Shown here piece by piece: positions 1 to 11,378 of a DNA stretch of 64,000 bases. This DNA comes from an uncultured Alphaproteobacteria bacterium (GTDB lineage: Bacteria; Pseudomonadota; Alphaproteobacteria; Rickettsiales; JALZUV01): positions 124,737-188,736 of the forward strand of contig CAWILT010000002.1 of the NCBI GenBank assembly GCA_963837025.1, in the 5' to 3' direction. A program made the translations under genes and the position numbers. The number at the start of each line of letters is the position of its first letter. Position 1 is the first letter of the stretch. The notes under the pieces were generated by a model, which saw only the letters and a program-made list of their open reading frames with translations, made no database searches and was not told the origin of the DNA.

Positions 1-2
1 CC

Positions 3-209
3 CATTATGATATTGTAGCAGGCGAAAGTGCACGTGTGTTAATGGATTTAGCGCTACAATATCAAACCCCCATCGGCAATGGTATACTCACCGTAGAAAA
101 TGACGATCAGGCTTGGGCGCGTGCTGATGTAAAACGAAAGAATAAAGGCAAAGATGCAGCCGATGCTGTACTTTCGCTGCTTAAAATCAAAAACGCACTT
201 ACGATTTAG
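3..209 (+). CDS. ribH: 6,7-dimethyl-8-ribityllumazine synthase, 3' part (truncated by window edge)
   Basis: Manual translation HYDIVAGESARVLMDLALQYQTPIGNGILTVENDDQAWARADVKRKNKGKDAADAVLSLLKIKNALTI* has the RibH C-terminal GNGILT..QA..RA..NKG..AA motifs. Confidence 0.9.
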   Translation, partial: HYDIVAGESARVLMDLALQYQTPIGNGILTVENDDQAWARADVKRKNKGKDAADAVLSLLKIKNALTI

Positions 210-498
210 CTTCTATCTTAACTGTCTGCACCAATTCACCACATAAGCTGTAGCGGCGTATCTCACGGCTATTTTGTTGAATCCACTCATTATTTATGAT
301 CGCTACCTGTGCGTTTTCCAAATAAGGTAGTGAGATAATCTGACATTCTATTGGCTTAAAATCAGCAATCTGATTGTTATCGGTTTCACCTATAGCGCGA
401 TGAACTAAAACTGCGGCAACAAAAATAAAACCCGCTAAAAGCAATACCCCACCTGAAATAACAACTATTTTTAACCACTTGGGGGCTTCATCTGACAT
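199..498 (-). CDS. Small single-TM membrane protein (DUF6476-like)
   Basis: ORF 199..549; likely start at ATG 498 (MSDEAPKWLKIVVISGGVLLLAGFIFV). One TM helix then a short soluble domain. Family assignment is from memory only. Confidence 0.55.
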   Translation of the reverse strand: MSDEAPKWLKIVVISGGVLLLAGFIFVAAVLVHRAIGETDNNQIADFKPIECQIISLPYLENAQVAIINNEWIQQNSREIRRYSLCGELVQTVKIEAKS

Positions 499-589
499 TT
501 TTTCTGCAATCCCTTTACTCGTGTTGCAAAATAGCGTAACTTTCGCCAAAGTCTAACAATAACAATAATGACTTACATTTTGAGGGAAC

Positions 590-1636
590 ATGCAGATATT
601 TAGCTCTAAGAAAAACACCGCTTCAGCCGAGGCTAACCAGCCAACAGGCCCCGTTAGCAAAAAGAAAACTGCTCACGTTATTGTAACGGGCAATGAAAAA
701 GGTGGATCAGGAAAAACCACCACCACCATGCATTTAATCGTAGCGCTTTTGCGCCTTGGTTTCAAAGTGGGCACGATTGATATTGACTCGCGCCAGCGCA
801 CGCTTTCACGTTACATGGAAAATCGCAAACATACCATTCGCAAGCAAGAAGTTACACTTCCTGAATCCACCCATATGGTGATTCAAAAGAGTCCGTTTAA
901 TATTGTTGATGATGCACAAAGTGACGAGCGGGAGCGCTTTACCTCTGGCATTGAAACATTAATGGAAGAAAATGACTTTGTGGTGATTGATAGCCCCGGA
1001 AACGATACTTATCTATCGCGTCTTGCGCATTCTTATGCTGATACCGTCATCACACCTATCAATGATAGCTTTGTTGATTTGGATGTATTGGCAACCGTCG
1101 ATGGATCGACCATGCGGGTAATTCGCCCCTCCATTTATTCGGAAATGGTATGGGAGCAAAAGCTGAGCCGCGCCAAACGCGATGGTGGCAGCATTGAATG
1201 GATTGTGATGCGTAACCGCTTAACAACCATTGATGCTCGCAATAAACGCTATATGAATCAAGTGCTTACCGAACTTTCACGCCGTATTGGCTTTCGTGTT
1301 GCACCCGGATTTTCAGAGCGCGTAATTTATCGCGAGCTATTTTTGCAAGGCTTGACCGTGCTGGATATTATGGATGTGAGCAATAATGTGAATGTCTCCA
1401 TGTCGCATATTACAGCACGTCAGGAAGTGCGTGAGTTATTAAAAACACTTAAAATTGCAAAAATTGACGAGCGAATTAGCGAGTTACGCACTAAGCCTGA
1501 AAAGGAAGCGGCAAAACCAGCTAAAAAAACTACTGAAAAGCCGAGTGTTTCTGAAAAAAAGCTGACGGCGGCGACGCCTAAAGTCGTTAACCCTGCTTCT
1601 TTCAAGCAAGATAAGCGTGCTGTAGCGGCTTCTTAA
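590..1636 (+). CDS. mipZ: Division-plane positioning ATPase MipZ
   Basis: GNEKGGSGKTT deviant Walker A, DIDSRQ, ITPINDSFVDLD, PSIYSEMVWE, GFSERVIYRELF and ARQEVR motifs of MipZ. Confidence 0.93.
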   Translation: MQIFSSKKNTASAEANQPTGPVSKKKTAHVIVTGNEKGGSGKTTTTMHLIVALLRLGFKVGTIDIDSRQRTLSRYMENRKHTIRKQEVTLPESTHMVIQKSPFNIVDDAQSDERERFTSGIETLMEENDFVVIDSPGNDTYLSRLAHSYADTVITPINDSFVDLDVLATVDGSTMRVIRPSIYSEMVWEQKLSRAKRDGGSIEWIVMRNRLTTIDARNKRYMNQVLTELSRRIGFRVAPGFSERVIYRELFLQGLTVLDIMDVSNNVNVSMSHITARQEVRELLKTLKIAKIDERISELRTKPEKEAAKPAKKTTEKPSVSEKKLTAATPKVVNPASFKQDKRAVAAS

Positions 1637-1735
1637 TTGCGCATTAATGCATTTCTAACCTATTTTACTTGCAAGAGGCTTTAGCCTCGCGCTAAGTTTA
1701 GGGCAATGAACATTTAAAACTCAAAGGATATTTCA

Positions 1736-3250
1736 ATGAAAATTCATTTTTCAGCGGCATCAAAATTTAAGGCCGAATCAAAAACTGCAAAAGGCGCATT
1801 GGTTGTGCTTTTACCGGAAGGTAAATCGCTATCAGGAAATGCGATTGAACTGGATAAACTTTGCCAAGGCAAAATAAAAAAATCGATAGGTTCAAGCCGT
1901 TTTGAAGGAAAGAATAAGCAGGTTTTGGCGCTATTAGCTCCTGAAGGTTTAAACTATGATTTATTGCTGGTTTTGGGAACTGGCAAAACAAAAGAGCTTG
2001 ATAATGATAGCCTAGAGCAGCTTGGTGGCAAATTAACCTCTGAGTTAAATGCACATGGCGTTAAACAGGCTACCCTACTTGTTCAAGAAGGCAAAACCGA
2101 TAGTCTATCAACCGATGCTATAGCCGTAGCTCTAGCCACCGGCGCTAAATTAAAATCATACCGTTTCGACAAATATAAAACGAAGCTAAAAGATTCCGAT
2201 AAGCCAACGTTAGAGTCTCTTACGTTAGTTCTCGCTGATGATTCGAAAGCTAAAAAAGCATTCGATGAGCAAGAGTTGGTGATTGAAGGCGTGTTTTTAA
2301 CGCGTGATTTAGTGAATGAGCCCGGCAACGTAATAGAACCCGAAAGCTATGCAAAACTCATCAAACAAAAACTGGGTAAAACAGGTTTGAAAATTGAAGT
2401 TTTAGGCGAAAAAGAAATGGCTAAGTTAGGCTTTGGTGCTTTATTAGGCGTGGGTCAAGGTTCTGTTAAAGAGTCCCAAATAGTGATTATGAAATGGGAA
2501 GGCGGCAAAAAAGGCGAAGCGCCTATCGCATTTGTGGGTAAAGGAGTCACTTTCGATACAGGCGGCATTAGCATTAAACCATCATCAGGTATGGAAGAGA
2601 TGAAAATGGACATGGGTGGTTCAGGCGCTGTTGTAGGGCTGATGCATGTTTTGGCAGCTCGTAAAGCAAAAGCAAATGTTATTGGCGTTGTAGGTTTAGT
2701 AGAAAATATGCCCGATGGAAATGCGCAGCGCCCCGGCGATGTAGTAACCTCTTATTCAAGCCAAACTATCGAAGTGCTTAATACCGATGCTGAAGGCCGT
2801 TTAGTGTTAGCCGATTGTTTGTGGTACACGCAAGAAAAGTTCAAACCGCAATTTATGGTTGATCTTGCCACGCTTACGGGTGCAATTTTAGTGGCGTTAG
2901 GTGAAACCACAGGCGGCCTATTCTCAAATGATGATACGCTGTCAGAGCGTTTATTAGCGGCATCCAAAGCAACGGGTGAAAAACTTTGGCGCTTGCCGAT
3001 GGGGCCTGAATTTGATGAGCTCATTAATTCACCTATCGCCGATATGCAAAATATCAGCTCAGGCCGCTGGGGTGGGTCTATTACCGCTGCACAATTCCTC
3101 AAACGTTTTGTAAATGATGTGCCTTGGGCGCATTTGGATATTGCGGGGGTCGCAACGGCGAGCAAAGCCACCGACATTGCGCCTAAAGGCGGTAGTGGAT
3201 TTGGGGTACGTTTGTTAAATAATATGATTAAAGAAAACTTTGAGAAATAG
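1736..3250 (+). CDS. pepA: Cytosol leucyl aminopeptidase (M17)
   Basis: VGKGVTFDTGGISIK, MKMDMGG, NTDAEGRLVLAD and WAHLDIAG motifs. Confidence 0.97.
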   Translation: MKIHFSAASKFKAESKTAKGALVVLLPEGKSLSGNAIELDKLCQGKIKKSIGSSRFEGKNKQVLALLAPEGLNYDLLLVLGTGKTKELDNDSLEQLGGKLTSELNAHGVKQATLLVQEGKTDSLSTDAIAVALATGAKLKSYRFDKYKTKLKDSDKPTLESLTLVLADDSKAKKAFDEQELVIEGVFLTRDLVNEPGNVIEPESYAKLIKQKLGKTGLKIEVLGEKEMAKLGFGALLGVGQGSVKESQIVIMKWEGGKKGEAPIAFVGKGVTFDTGGISIKPSSGMEEMKMDMGGSGAVVGLMHVLAARKAKANVIGVVGLVENMPDGNAQRPGDVVTSYSSQTIEVLNTDAEGRLVLADCLWYTQEKFKPQFMVDLATLTGAILVALGETTGGLFSNDDTLSERLLAASKATGEKLWRLPMGPEFDELINSPIADMQNISSGRWGGSITAAQFLKRFVNDVPWAHLDIAGVATASKATDIAPKGGSGFGVRLLNNMIKENFEK

Positions 3251-3269
3251 TCTCACTGCTTATCTTAAT

Positions 3270-3301
3270 AAAAAAAGGGAGGCTAATGCCTCCCTTTTTT
3301 T
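3270..3301. terminator. Bidirectional rho-independent terminator (pepA/metY)
   Basis: A-run + GGGAGGC-TAAT-GCCTCCC + T-run between convergent genes. Confidence 0.9.
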
Positions 3302-3318
3302 ATATTTGTGGGATTATT

Positions 3319-4614
3319 TTAGCTAATGGCATCAAACCCGCGCTGTAAATCATTTAAAATATCGCTAACATCTTCTAAACCAACAGAAATACGCATTGTG
3401 CCATCCGTTATGCCTGCTGAAATACGATGTTCTGGAGAAAGTTGGCTGTGCGTGGTGCTTGCGGGATGAATAAGCAAGCTACGCGTATCGCCTAAATTTG
3501 CTACAATCGTAAATAATTTAAGCGCCTCAATAAACATGATGGATTCGTCCATGCCGCCTTTAATATCAAAGGTGAATAATGCACTAGGCCCTTCAGGCGT
3601 ATATTTATCAGCCAATGCTTTATAGGGGCTATCTTTCAATCCTGAATAACTCACTTTATCAACCGCATCATGCTGAGATAACCACTCAGCCACTTTCTGC
3701 GCGTTTTCACAATGTTGGCGCATACGAATAGGCAGGGTCTCTAAGCCGCACAAGGTCATAAAGGCATTCATCGGTTGTTGGCTCGCACCAATATCACGCA
3801 AGCCCACTCCTTTAGCATGAACGAATAATGCCATTTTGCCAAATGTTTCAAAAAACTTCATGCCATGATAGGCATCACAAGGGCCGGTCAACGCTGGAAA
3901 GCGATCATCTTTACCCCAATCAAAATTACCACCATCAATCATTGCGCCACCTAATGCGGTGCCGTTACCCGTCATATATTTAGTGGTGGAATAGGTTACT
4001 GCATTAGCGCCCCACTCTAATGGTCGCAGTAAATAAGGGGTAGCCAACGTATTATCAACAATGAGTGGAATATGATGGCGTTCGGCAATTCGCGCTACTT
4101 TTTCAATATCAACTACCACTCCACCAGGATTAGCGAGCGCTTCAACGAAAATAACACGGGTACGTTCAGTAATCGCACGTTCAAAATTATCTGTTTCATC
4201 TGGATCAACCAACGTCGATTGCCAGTTAAAATGCAGCGGAAATGTATTTTTAAGTTGACTGGTGGATCCACCATAAAGACGTTTTGAACCTACAATATGA
4301 TCGCCTGGCATTACTAGAGGCAAGAATGCAAGCATTTGCGCTGCATGACCTGATGCGGCAGCAATGGCGCCTACGCCGCCATCTAATGCGGTTAAGCGCG
4401 CTTCTAAAGCATCGGTTGTTGGATTCGTTAAACGACTGTAAATTTGGCCAAATTCGCGTAAATTGAATCGATCAGAAGCCGATTTTGCATTGGGAAATTC
4501 AAATGAAACGCTTTGGTAAATAGGAGTTTGTGGCGACCCATAAGCCGGATCGGTCGCGTTTCCGCCATGAATCGCTTTCGTTGCAAATTTCATCTCGTCT
4601 GTAGCTTTACCCAT
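3319..4614 (-). CDS. metY: O-acetylhomoserine aminocarboxypropyltransferase / cysteine synthase family
   Basis: IYSRLTNPT, VDNTLATPYL, PLP-lysine region YSTTKY, NLGDTRSLLIHPASTTH. ATG at 4614 has a GGAG RBS. Confidence 0.9.
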   Translation of the reverse strand: MGKATDEMKFATKAIHGGNATDPAYGSPQTPIYQSVSFEFPNAKSASDRFNLREFGQIYSRLTNPTTDALEARLTALDGGVGAIAAASGHAAQMLAFLPLVMPGDHIVGSKRLYGGSTSQLKNTFPLHFNWQSTLVDPDETDNFERAITERTRVIFVEALANPGGVVVDIEKVARIAERHHIPLIVDNTLATPYLLRPLEWGANAVTYSTTKYMTGNGTALGGAMIDGGNFDWGKDDRFPALTGPCDAYHGMKFFETFGKMALFVHAKGVGLRDIGASQQPMNAFMTLCGLETLPIRMRQHCENAQKVAEWLSQHDAVDKVSYSGLKDSPYKALADKYTPEGPSALFTFDIKGGMDESIMFIEALKLFTIVANLGDTRSLLIHPASTTHSQLSPEHRISAGITDGTMRISVGLEDVSDILNDLQRGFDAIS

Positions 4615-4745
4615 AATATTCTCCAAATTGAATCAAAAACTGGCTGTTACATAGAGCAAAACTTTAGCAGAATAAAGCGCTAACAGTTGTAATTTAAACA
4701 ATTTCACGCTAAGGCTATGGTGAAATAAGTATTTAACAGGATATC

Positions 4746-6554
4746 ATGACAGCACCTCAAAAATCGCCTCCAGCTTTACAAGGGCAAAATACATCTACCT
4801 CCACTCCACGAAATCAAGAGATGAACGGCGCTGAAATGGTCATCAAATCTCTAGTTGATTGCGGTGCAGACACAATTTTTGGCTATCCGGGTGGCGCAGT
4901 TTTACCGCTTTACGATGCAATTTTTCAGCAAAATCACGTTCGTCATATTCTGGTGCGCCACGAACAAGCCGCGACTCATGCTGCCGAGGGCTACGCGCGC
5001 TCTACAGGTAAGCCGGGTGTCGTTTTGGTCACTTCAGGCCCCGGCGCTACGAATGCAATAACCGGCTTAACCGATGCAATGCTCGATTCCATCCCGTTAA
5101 TTTGTATTACCGGGCAAGTGCCAAGTCATCTCATCGGTTCGGATGCATTTCAAGAGGCGGATACGACGGGTATCACGCGAGCATGCACCAAACATAATTA
5201 TTTGGTGCAGAATATCAAAGACTTACCGGCCATTGTGCATGAAGCATTTCACGTTGCAACCAGTGGCCGCCCCGGCCCTGTAGTGATTGATATTCCAAAA
5301 GATATTTTAAATCAGCTCGGCCAATATGATCATAACCATCATTTTAGACGTGAGCGTTACAACCCCAAAACAGTGGGCAATATTACCAAAGTTAACGAGG
5401 CTATGGATTTAATAGCAACCGCTAAAAAACCGCTTTTCTATGTAGGCGGCGGCCTTATCAATTCAGGATTAGATGCATGTGAAGAGTTAAAGCTTTTCGT
5501 TCAGGAATCAGGCTTTCCAATTACACTAACCTTTATGGGTTTAGGCGCTTACCCTGGCACCGATAAACAATTTTTAGAAATGCCGGGTATGCACGGATCA
5601 CTTGAAGCCAATATGGCAATGTATGAATGCGACGTGATGATTGGCATTGGCGTTCGCTTTGACGATCGCGTAACCGGCAAACTTGATGGATTTGCACCTC
5701 ACTCGAAAAAAATTCAGGTAGATATTGATGCGTCATCGATCAATAAAAATGTACAGGTTGCCGTGCCAATTGTAGGGGATGCAGGAACCGTAATCCGACA
5801 AATGCGCAAAATCTGGCGAGATAGAGGCATGAAGCCTAACAGCGGCGATTTAACAAGTTGGTGGAAGCAAATTGAACTATGGCGTGCCCGTAAAAGTTTT
5901 TCCTACATTTATTCGGATGAAGAAGTTAAGCCCCAATATGCTTTGCAGCGCATCTATACCCTCGCAAAAAAGCACTCACCCTATTACACGACCGATGTTG
6001 GCCAACATCAAATGTGGACAGCACAATATGTAAAATTTGATAAACCTTATAAATGGATGAGCAGTGGCGGCTTAGGCACAATGGGTTATGGGTTACCTGC
6101 TGCGGTTGGTGTACAAATTGCCCACCCCGAAGAATTAACCATCTGTATCACCGGTGAAGCTAGTTTCATGATGAATATTCAAGAACTTTCGACGGTAGCA
6201 CAATATCGCTTACCGGTTAAAATTGTTATCTTAAATAATCGCTATATGGGCATGGTACGCCAATGGCAGGAAATGTTTCATGGCGATAGACACTCAGAAA
6301 GCTATATGGAGTCACTCCCTGATTTTCAAAAATTAGCAGAAGCATATGGTATTGCCTCATTGGAATGTGATGATCCCGCAAAGGTAGATGAAACCATTGA
6401 AAAAATGTTGGCGATTAATGGCCCTGTGTTAGTGGATATGCGCGTATCACAAACGGAGAATGTCTATCCAATGATTCCCGCTGGCAAGGCGCATAATGAG
6501 CTTTTATTAGGGCCAGATGAACCATGGGGTGAATTAGATATTTCACAAGTTTAA
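4746..6554 (+). CDS. ilvB: Acetolactate synthase large subunit
   Basis: [38 protein letters not shown] and LGMVRQWQ-like motifs. Confidence 0.96.
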   Translation: MTAPQKSPPALQGQNTSTSTPRNQEMNGAEMVIKSLVDCGADTIFGYPGGAVLPLYDAIFQQNHVRHILVRHEQAATHAAEGYARSTGKPGVVLVTSGPGATNAITGLTDAMLDSIPLICITGQVPSHLIGSDAFQEADTTGITRACTKHNYLVQNIKDLPAIVHEAFHVATSGRPGPVVIDIPKDILNQLGQYDHNHHFRRERYNPKTVGNITKVNEAMDLIATAKKPLFYVGGGLINSGLDACEELKLFVQESGFPITLTFMGLGAYPGTDKQFLEMPGMHGSLEANMAMYECDVMIGIGVRFDDRVTGKLDGFAPHSKKIQVDIDASSINKNVQVAVPIVGDAGTVIRQMRKIWRDRGMKPNSGDLTSWWKQIELWRARKSFSYIYSDEEVKPQYALQRIYTLAKKHSPYYTTDVGQHQMWTAQYVKFDKPYKWMSSGGLGTMGYGLPAAVGVQIAHPEELTICITGEASFMMNIQELSTVAQYRLPVKIVILNNRYMGMVRQWQEMFHGDRHSESYMESLPDFQKLAEAYGIASLECDDPAKVDETIEKMLAINGPVLVDMRVSQTENVYPMIPAGKAHNELLLGPDEPWGELDISQV

Positions 6555-6674
6555 GCGTTGATATCGTCACAATCCACGGAAATACGTTAGCAATTCACTT
6601 TCATACATCACTATCTGTTAGAGCTAGGCGCATAATTTTGCTAAGGCTAACTCTATGATAGGTGTAACATTCAC

Positions 6675-7511
6675 GTGAAAAACTTTGGCTTTATTTTGGC
6701 GTTTACATTGGCGCTAAGTGCATGTGCTACAACTGCTAATTTAAAAGAATTGCGCAGCGTAACGCCACGTGGCACTCCTTTCGCTGTTGCATTAACCCAA
6801 AATTATTTAGAATTTAGTGAGGCAGAAGCAAAACGCTATGATTGGACCGATTCGAGCTATTTTGCCGATAAAGGGCTACGAACAGTTTACGGTCAGCCCG
6901 TTAGTCCCGAGCAAATCATTGATTGGGACATTCCGGCTGACTTAAAGCCTGAGATTATATCTGCGCGTGAATTATTGGTTAGTTTAACCGATGATGCCAT
7001 GCGCACAAATAAACCGAAGCAGGCCGCTAATGCCACCTTCGCGTTTGATTGCTGGTTAGAAGAGTTAGAGGAATATACGAATGATGGAACCGATATATCC
7101 GCGTGCCAAGAGCGTTTTTATGAAGCTATTGAGGCCTTACAATTTAATGCACTCGAAGAAGCCTCAGCAATAAATAGCGAGAATACAGCCTATCTTATTT
7201 ATTTTGGATATAATCAAAATGACTATGATGAAGCATCTAATCAAGTGGTTAAACAAATTATCCATGACGTTAAAACATTAAAGCCGTCCGAAATCATTAT
7301 TTATGGACATACAGACACCAGTGGAACGGAAAATTATAATATCGAACTGTCCGAGAAAAGGGCTCTCAGCGTAATTGAGGGGCTTTTAGAAGGGGGAATT
7401 ATACGCGATATTATCTCTTATTTTGCATTCGGCGAGAGTGATCCTGCTATCGTGACGAAAGATGGGGTAAAAGAACCTAAAAACCGCCGTGTTGAAATCT
7501 TTTTTGGTTAG
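6675..7511 (+). CDS. OmpA-family outer-membrane lipoprotein
   Basis: Lipobox LSAC; C-terminal GHTDTSG..YN..LSEKRA..GE..NRRVEI OmpA/MotB domain. Confidence 0.88.
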   Translation: MKNFGFILAFTLALSACATTANLKELRSVTPRGTPFAVALTQNYLEFSEAEAKRYDWTDSSYFADKGLRTVYGQPVSPEQIIDWDIPADLKPEIISARELLVSLTDDAMRTNKPKQAANATFAFDCWLEELEEYTNDGTDISACQERFYEAIEALQFNALEEASAINSENTAYLIYFGYNQNDYDEASNQVVKQIIHDVKTLKPSEIIIYGHTDTSGTENYNIELSEKRALSVIEGLLEGGIIRDIISYFAFGESDPAIVTKDGVKEPKNRRVEIFFG

Positions 7512-7516
7512 ATGCG

Positions 7517-8410
7517 GTGTTATGGACTTCCTATAGTTTCGACACATTATGTTTAATGGCGTTCATTGCTTTAATATTCGCAAACCTCATTTCTTGGGGC
7601 GATAGAAAAGCAAAAATTCTCTGTGTTATGCCGTCAGTCTTTAAAAGCGTGCACTCACTGCTATTATATATTACATTAAAATTGGATAGGCGTGAAAGAT
7701 CTGCTGCAATACGATCAAAGCGCGCTTATGTGGTTTTATTATTCACATTAAGCGCTGGATTAGGCTTTGGAAGCTTAACTCAATCATTTTTTTATGAATA
7801 TCATTATTCTTATTTAGAAATTATTATATTAACAGGATTCTTTTTAACATTAACAGATAATATCGCAGACGTTGCTACGAAAGACACCTCAATAGCGATA
7901 CGTAATACTATTGAATTTGATGCAGTTAGGCTGCTAGAGCGTAATGCAATCAATTTATTCGGATGGATGGTTGCAGGCTGGATGGGCATGATGCTTTGCT
8001 CATTTTTAACCATTTTGGTTAAAGTGGTCAGCGGGCAATCGAATGATTTTTCAACACCAATCATCCGTTTTGCAAATTTGTTATTTATGCCAGCAAGTTT
8101 CTTTAGCGTTACAATGCTAAGTTTAGCGGCAATATTCACCAGCCGGGGTAAACCTTTGCCAAGTTTACGAAACGGGTTAAGCTACATAACAACGCCCTAT
8201 CACGCACAGATTGAAGTGGTTGCCACAGCCATATCCATTACACTTATTGGCCCTAAAAGCGCCTTTGCATCGTTATTTAAAAATATCTGGATAGGACAAG
8301 GGATTGTTCGTGTGCAAAGTGCGGATAAGAAGCGATGGTATCAATTAAAGTTTATTACGCAATTATTGATTATTTCATTTGTGGGAGTGCTATCGATATT
8401 GCCGTTTTAG
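7517..8410 (+). CDS. Highly diverged CobD/CbiB-like membrane protein
   Basis: Multi-TM; KLDRRERSAAIRSKR, AIRNTIE, ATAISITLIGP and WIGQG...AD..R segments follow the CobD/CbiB layout, but the canonical ENxxD and DSMIGY motifs are absent. Confidence 0.55.
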   Translation: MLWTSYSFDTLCLMAFIALIFANLISWGDRKAKILCVMPSVFKSVHSLLLYITLKLDRRERSAAIRSKRAYVVLLFTLSAGLGFGSLTQSFFYEYHYSYLEIIILTGFFLTLTDNIADVATKDTSIAIRNTIEFDAVRLLERNAINLFGWMVAGWMGMMLCSFLTILVKVVSGQSNDFSTPIIRFANLLFMPASFFSVTMLSLAAIFTSRGKPLPSLRNGLSYITTPYHAQIEVVATAISITLIGPKSAFASLFKNIWIGQGIVRVQSADKKRWYQLKFITQLLIISFVGVLSILPF

Positions 8411-8431
8411 TCATTTAATCTATAATGAGTC

Positions 8432-9082
8432 ATGCGCAAAGATTCTAAGATCAGGAAATATTATAATAAAAAAACTGAGCCTGTATCTAAGACGCTAGAA
8501 TATATTGCAAACAAAACATCCACATCCGATCGCATCACCTTAAGTGAACTACTTTATAATCTAAGGCATCGAGGTTTTGGCCTGCTAATGTTGGTCTTGG
8601 TTTTACCAAACTGCGTGCCTATTCCTATTCCTCCAGGGGGTTCAACCCTACTTTCAATTCCATTATTTATTGTTGCTTTTCAAATGATTTGGGGCCGAAA
8701 CGCGCCGTGGCTGCCTAAATGGTTGCGCAGAAAATCGCTTGATCGTAAAACATTAAATAAGGTAGCGATGCTTGCCGCACCTAAGCTTCGCAAAATTGAG
8801 CGCCTATTACATCCGCGCTTTGAATTTACGACAAGTAAATCAGGCGAACGTATTATTGGCGCTTTTTGGCTGTTATTTACTATTTCAATTGCGGTGCCTC
8901 TACCAATGACCAATTTTATTCCGGGTATTGGAATTTTAGTCATGGCGTTAGGTTTATTAGGCCGCGATGGTTTAGTGGTGATTATTGGGGCGCTTATTGG
9001 TTTACTTGGCATTGCATTTACAGTGGCTTTATTTTATTTGGGCTTAGAAGCCGTATTGGGTATTTTACCCTTTTTGTCGTAA
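8432..9082 (+). CDS. exoD: Exopolysaccharide biosynthesis protein ExoD family
   Basis: RGFGLLMLVLVLPNCVPIPIPPGGST, PWLPKWL, LPMTNFIPG and RDG motifs. Confidence 0.9.
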   Translation: MRKDSKIRKYYNKKTEPVSKTLEYIANKTSTSDRITLSELLYNLRHRGFGLLMLVLVLPNCVPIPIPPGGSTLLSIPLFIVAFQMIWGRNAPWLPKWLRRKSLDRKTLNKVAMLAAPKLRKIERLLHPRFEFTTSKSGERIIGAFWLLFTISIAVPLPMTNFIPGIGILVMALGLLGRDGLVVIIGALIGLLGIAFTVALFYLGLEAVLGILPFLS

Positions 9083-9109
9083 CCTATTCTAATTAGGCAT
9101 AAAATACGG

Positions 9110-9183
9110 TTGTCCACAGTCATATATTAAATTGTGGATATCCCTGATTCGTGCCTTGAGAATATTGATGGATTCTTTATAAC
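9110..9183 (+). promoter_or_regulatory. Inverted pair of DnaA-box-like sites plus sigma70-like promoter with two GANTC sites
   Basis: TTGTCCACA 9110-9118, TGTGGATAT 9133-9141, GATTC 9146 and 9171, TTGAGA 9156-9161 / TATAAC 9178-9183. Confidence 0.5.
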
Positions 9184-9189
9184 TCGTTG

Positions 9190-9324
9190 AAAGAGTTTTG
9201 ACGCATCGGAATGGCTTTTAAAGTCAAACCGAACTAAAAAACCATTATTGAGAGCAAAATCAAAAACGTATCCTGCAACTTGCTTCAACTGCTTTGAAAC
9301 CCACCCTTGAGGTGGGTTTTTTTT
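9190..9324 (+). ncRNA. Candidate intergenic sRNA (~135 nt)
   Basis: Lies between a promoter-like element and a strong terminator in a 300-bp gap between convergent exoD and mreB. No family recognised. Confidence 0.35.
9297..9324 (+). terminator. Rho-independent terminator
   Basis: AAACCCACC-CTTGA-GGTGGGTTT followed by a T-run. Confidence 0.85.
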
Positions 9325-9385
9325 ACAGTTTTTTCAGCCTATCATTTACGATAACAACAATCTTTTGATGCCGGAAGGGGCTTAT

Positions 9386-10450
<1,065 letters not shown>

Positions 10451-10535
10451 CTACGTAGCATTAAATGTCTAGTGTTGGATTGTCAGCACGGTGTTTTTAT
10501 GGCATACCCTGCGGTATCAATAGGGGAAATTTACC

Positions 10536-11378
10536 ATGAAATATTTTGCAGCAACACTATTAGTACTTTTATCGACCGCCGCCCACGCGAAAGACTATAC
10601 GATTATAGAAGTCAATGATGCCAAAATTCCGTATAGTGAGGTGCAGCAAATCTGGAATGGTATTTACCCAGGTGATGAAGAGGCCCCGCCAATTGATCAA
10701 TTTAATGAAGCGGTAAAAGATAATGTCATCCGCGGCATTGTTAGTGAACATTTAATGCTTAAAGATGCTGAAGCAAGTAATATCGCTACCAAACCCGATG
10801 TGGCGCTTAAATTAGAGGCTGCAAGGCGTCAAGTATTGGTGCAGGAGCATTTGCGTTTGCGCACTATTGATGCATCCGAGGCGGATATTAAAAAGCGTTA
10901 TGATGAAATGGTAGCCAAAAATAAAGGGCAGCAACAAATTCATGCAAGCCATATTTTAGTTGAAAGCGAAAAGGAAGCGCTTGAAATCAAAAAACTATTG
11001 GATGAAGGCGCAGATTTTGCATTATCCGCCAAGCAACGCTCTGCCGATGTAGGAAGTGCTGGCGGTGGCGGCGATTTAGGATTCTTCAGTAAAGACGAAA
11101 TGGTTGAAGAATTTTCAGATGCTGCATTTGATTTAAAAAAGGATAAAGTTTCAGATCCGGTTAAAACATCGTTTGGCTGGCACCTGATTAAGTTAATTGA
11201 AAAGCGTGATGTGCCCACTCCACCTTATGCAGAAGCGCGCAAGACATTTCAAGAATTAATGCGGCAAGAGGCGAATCAAGCTTACATCCAATCTTTATTG
11301 AGCAAAGCGGATATTACCTATTATGATGCCTCTGGTAAAGAATTACCCTTTCCGATTAAACAAGCAGAAGAGAACTAA
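10536..11378 (+). CDS. Periplasmic parvulin (PpiC-type) peptidyl-prolyl isomerase
   Basis: Signal peptide; HASHILV, GGDLGFF, PVKTSFGWHLIK; upstream of argJ as in many alphaproteobacteria. Confidence 0.92.
   Translation: MKYFAATLLVLLSTAAHAKDYTIIEVNDAKIPYSEVQQIWNGIYPGDEEAPPIDQFNEAVKDNVIRGIVSEHLMLKDAEASNIATKPDVALKLEAARRQVLVQEHLRLRTIDASEADIKKRYDEMVAKNKGQQQIHASHILVESEKEALEIKKLLDEGADFALSAKQRSADVGSAGGGGDLGFFSKDEMVEEFSDAAFDLKKDKVSDPVKTSFGWHLIKLIEKRDVPTPPYAEARKTFQELMRQEANQAYIQSLLSKADITYYDASGKELPFPIKQAEEN

Noticed and set aside
4615-4745. SAM riboswitch upstream of metY
   Set aside because: Short AT-rich divergent gap with no SAM-II or SAM-SAH consensus visible.
6667-6682. parS-like palindrome TTCACGTGAA
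   Set aside because: Only 12/16 match to TGTTTCACGTGAAACA, the left GTT arm is missing, and it overlaps a start codon.
9110-9141. DnaA box pair as the replication origin
   Set aside because: Only two imperfect boxes; the hemE/DUF299 gap has the canonical position and better boxes.
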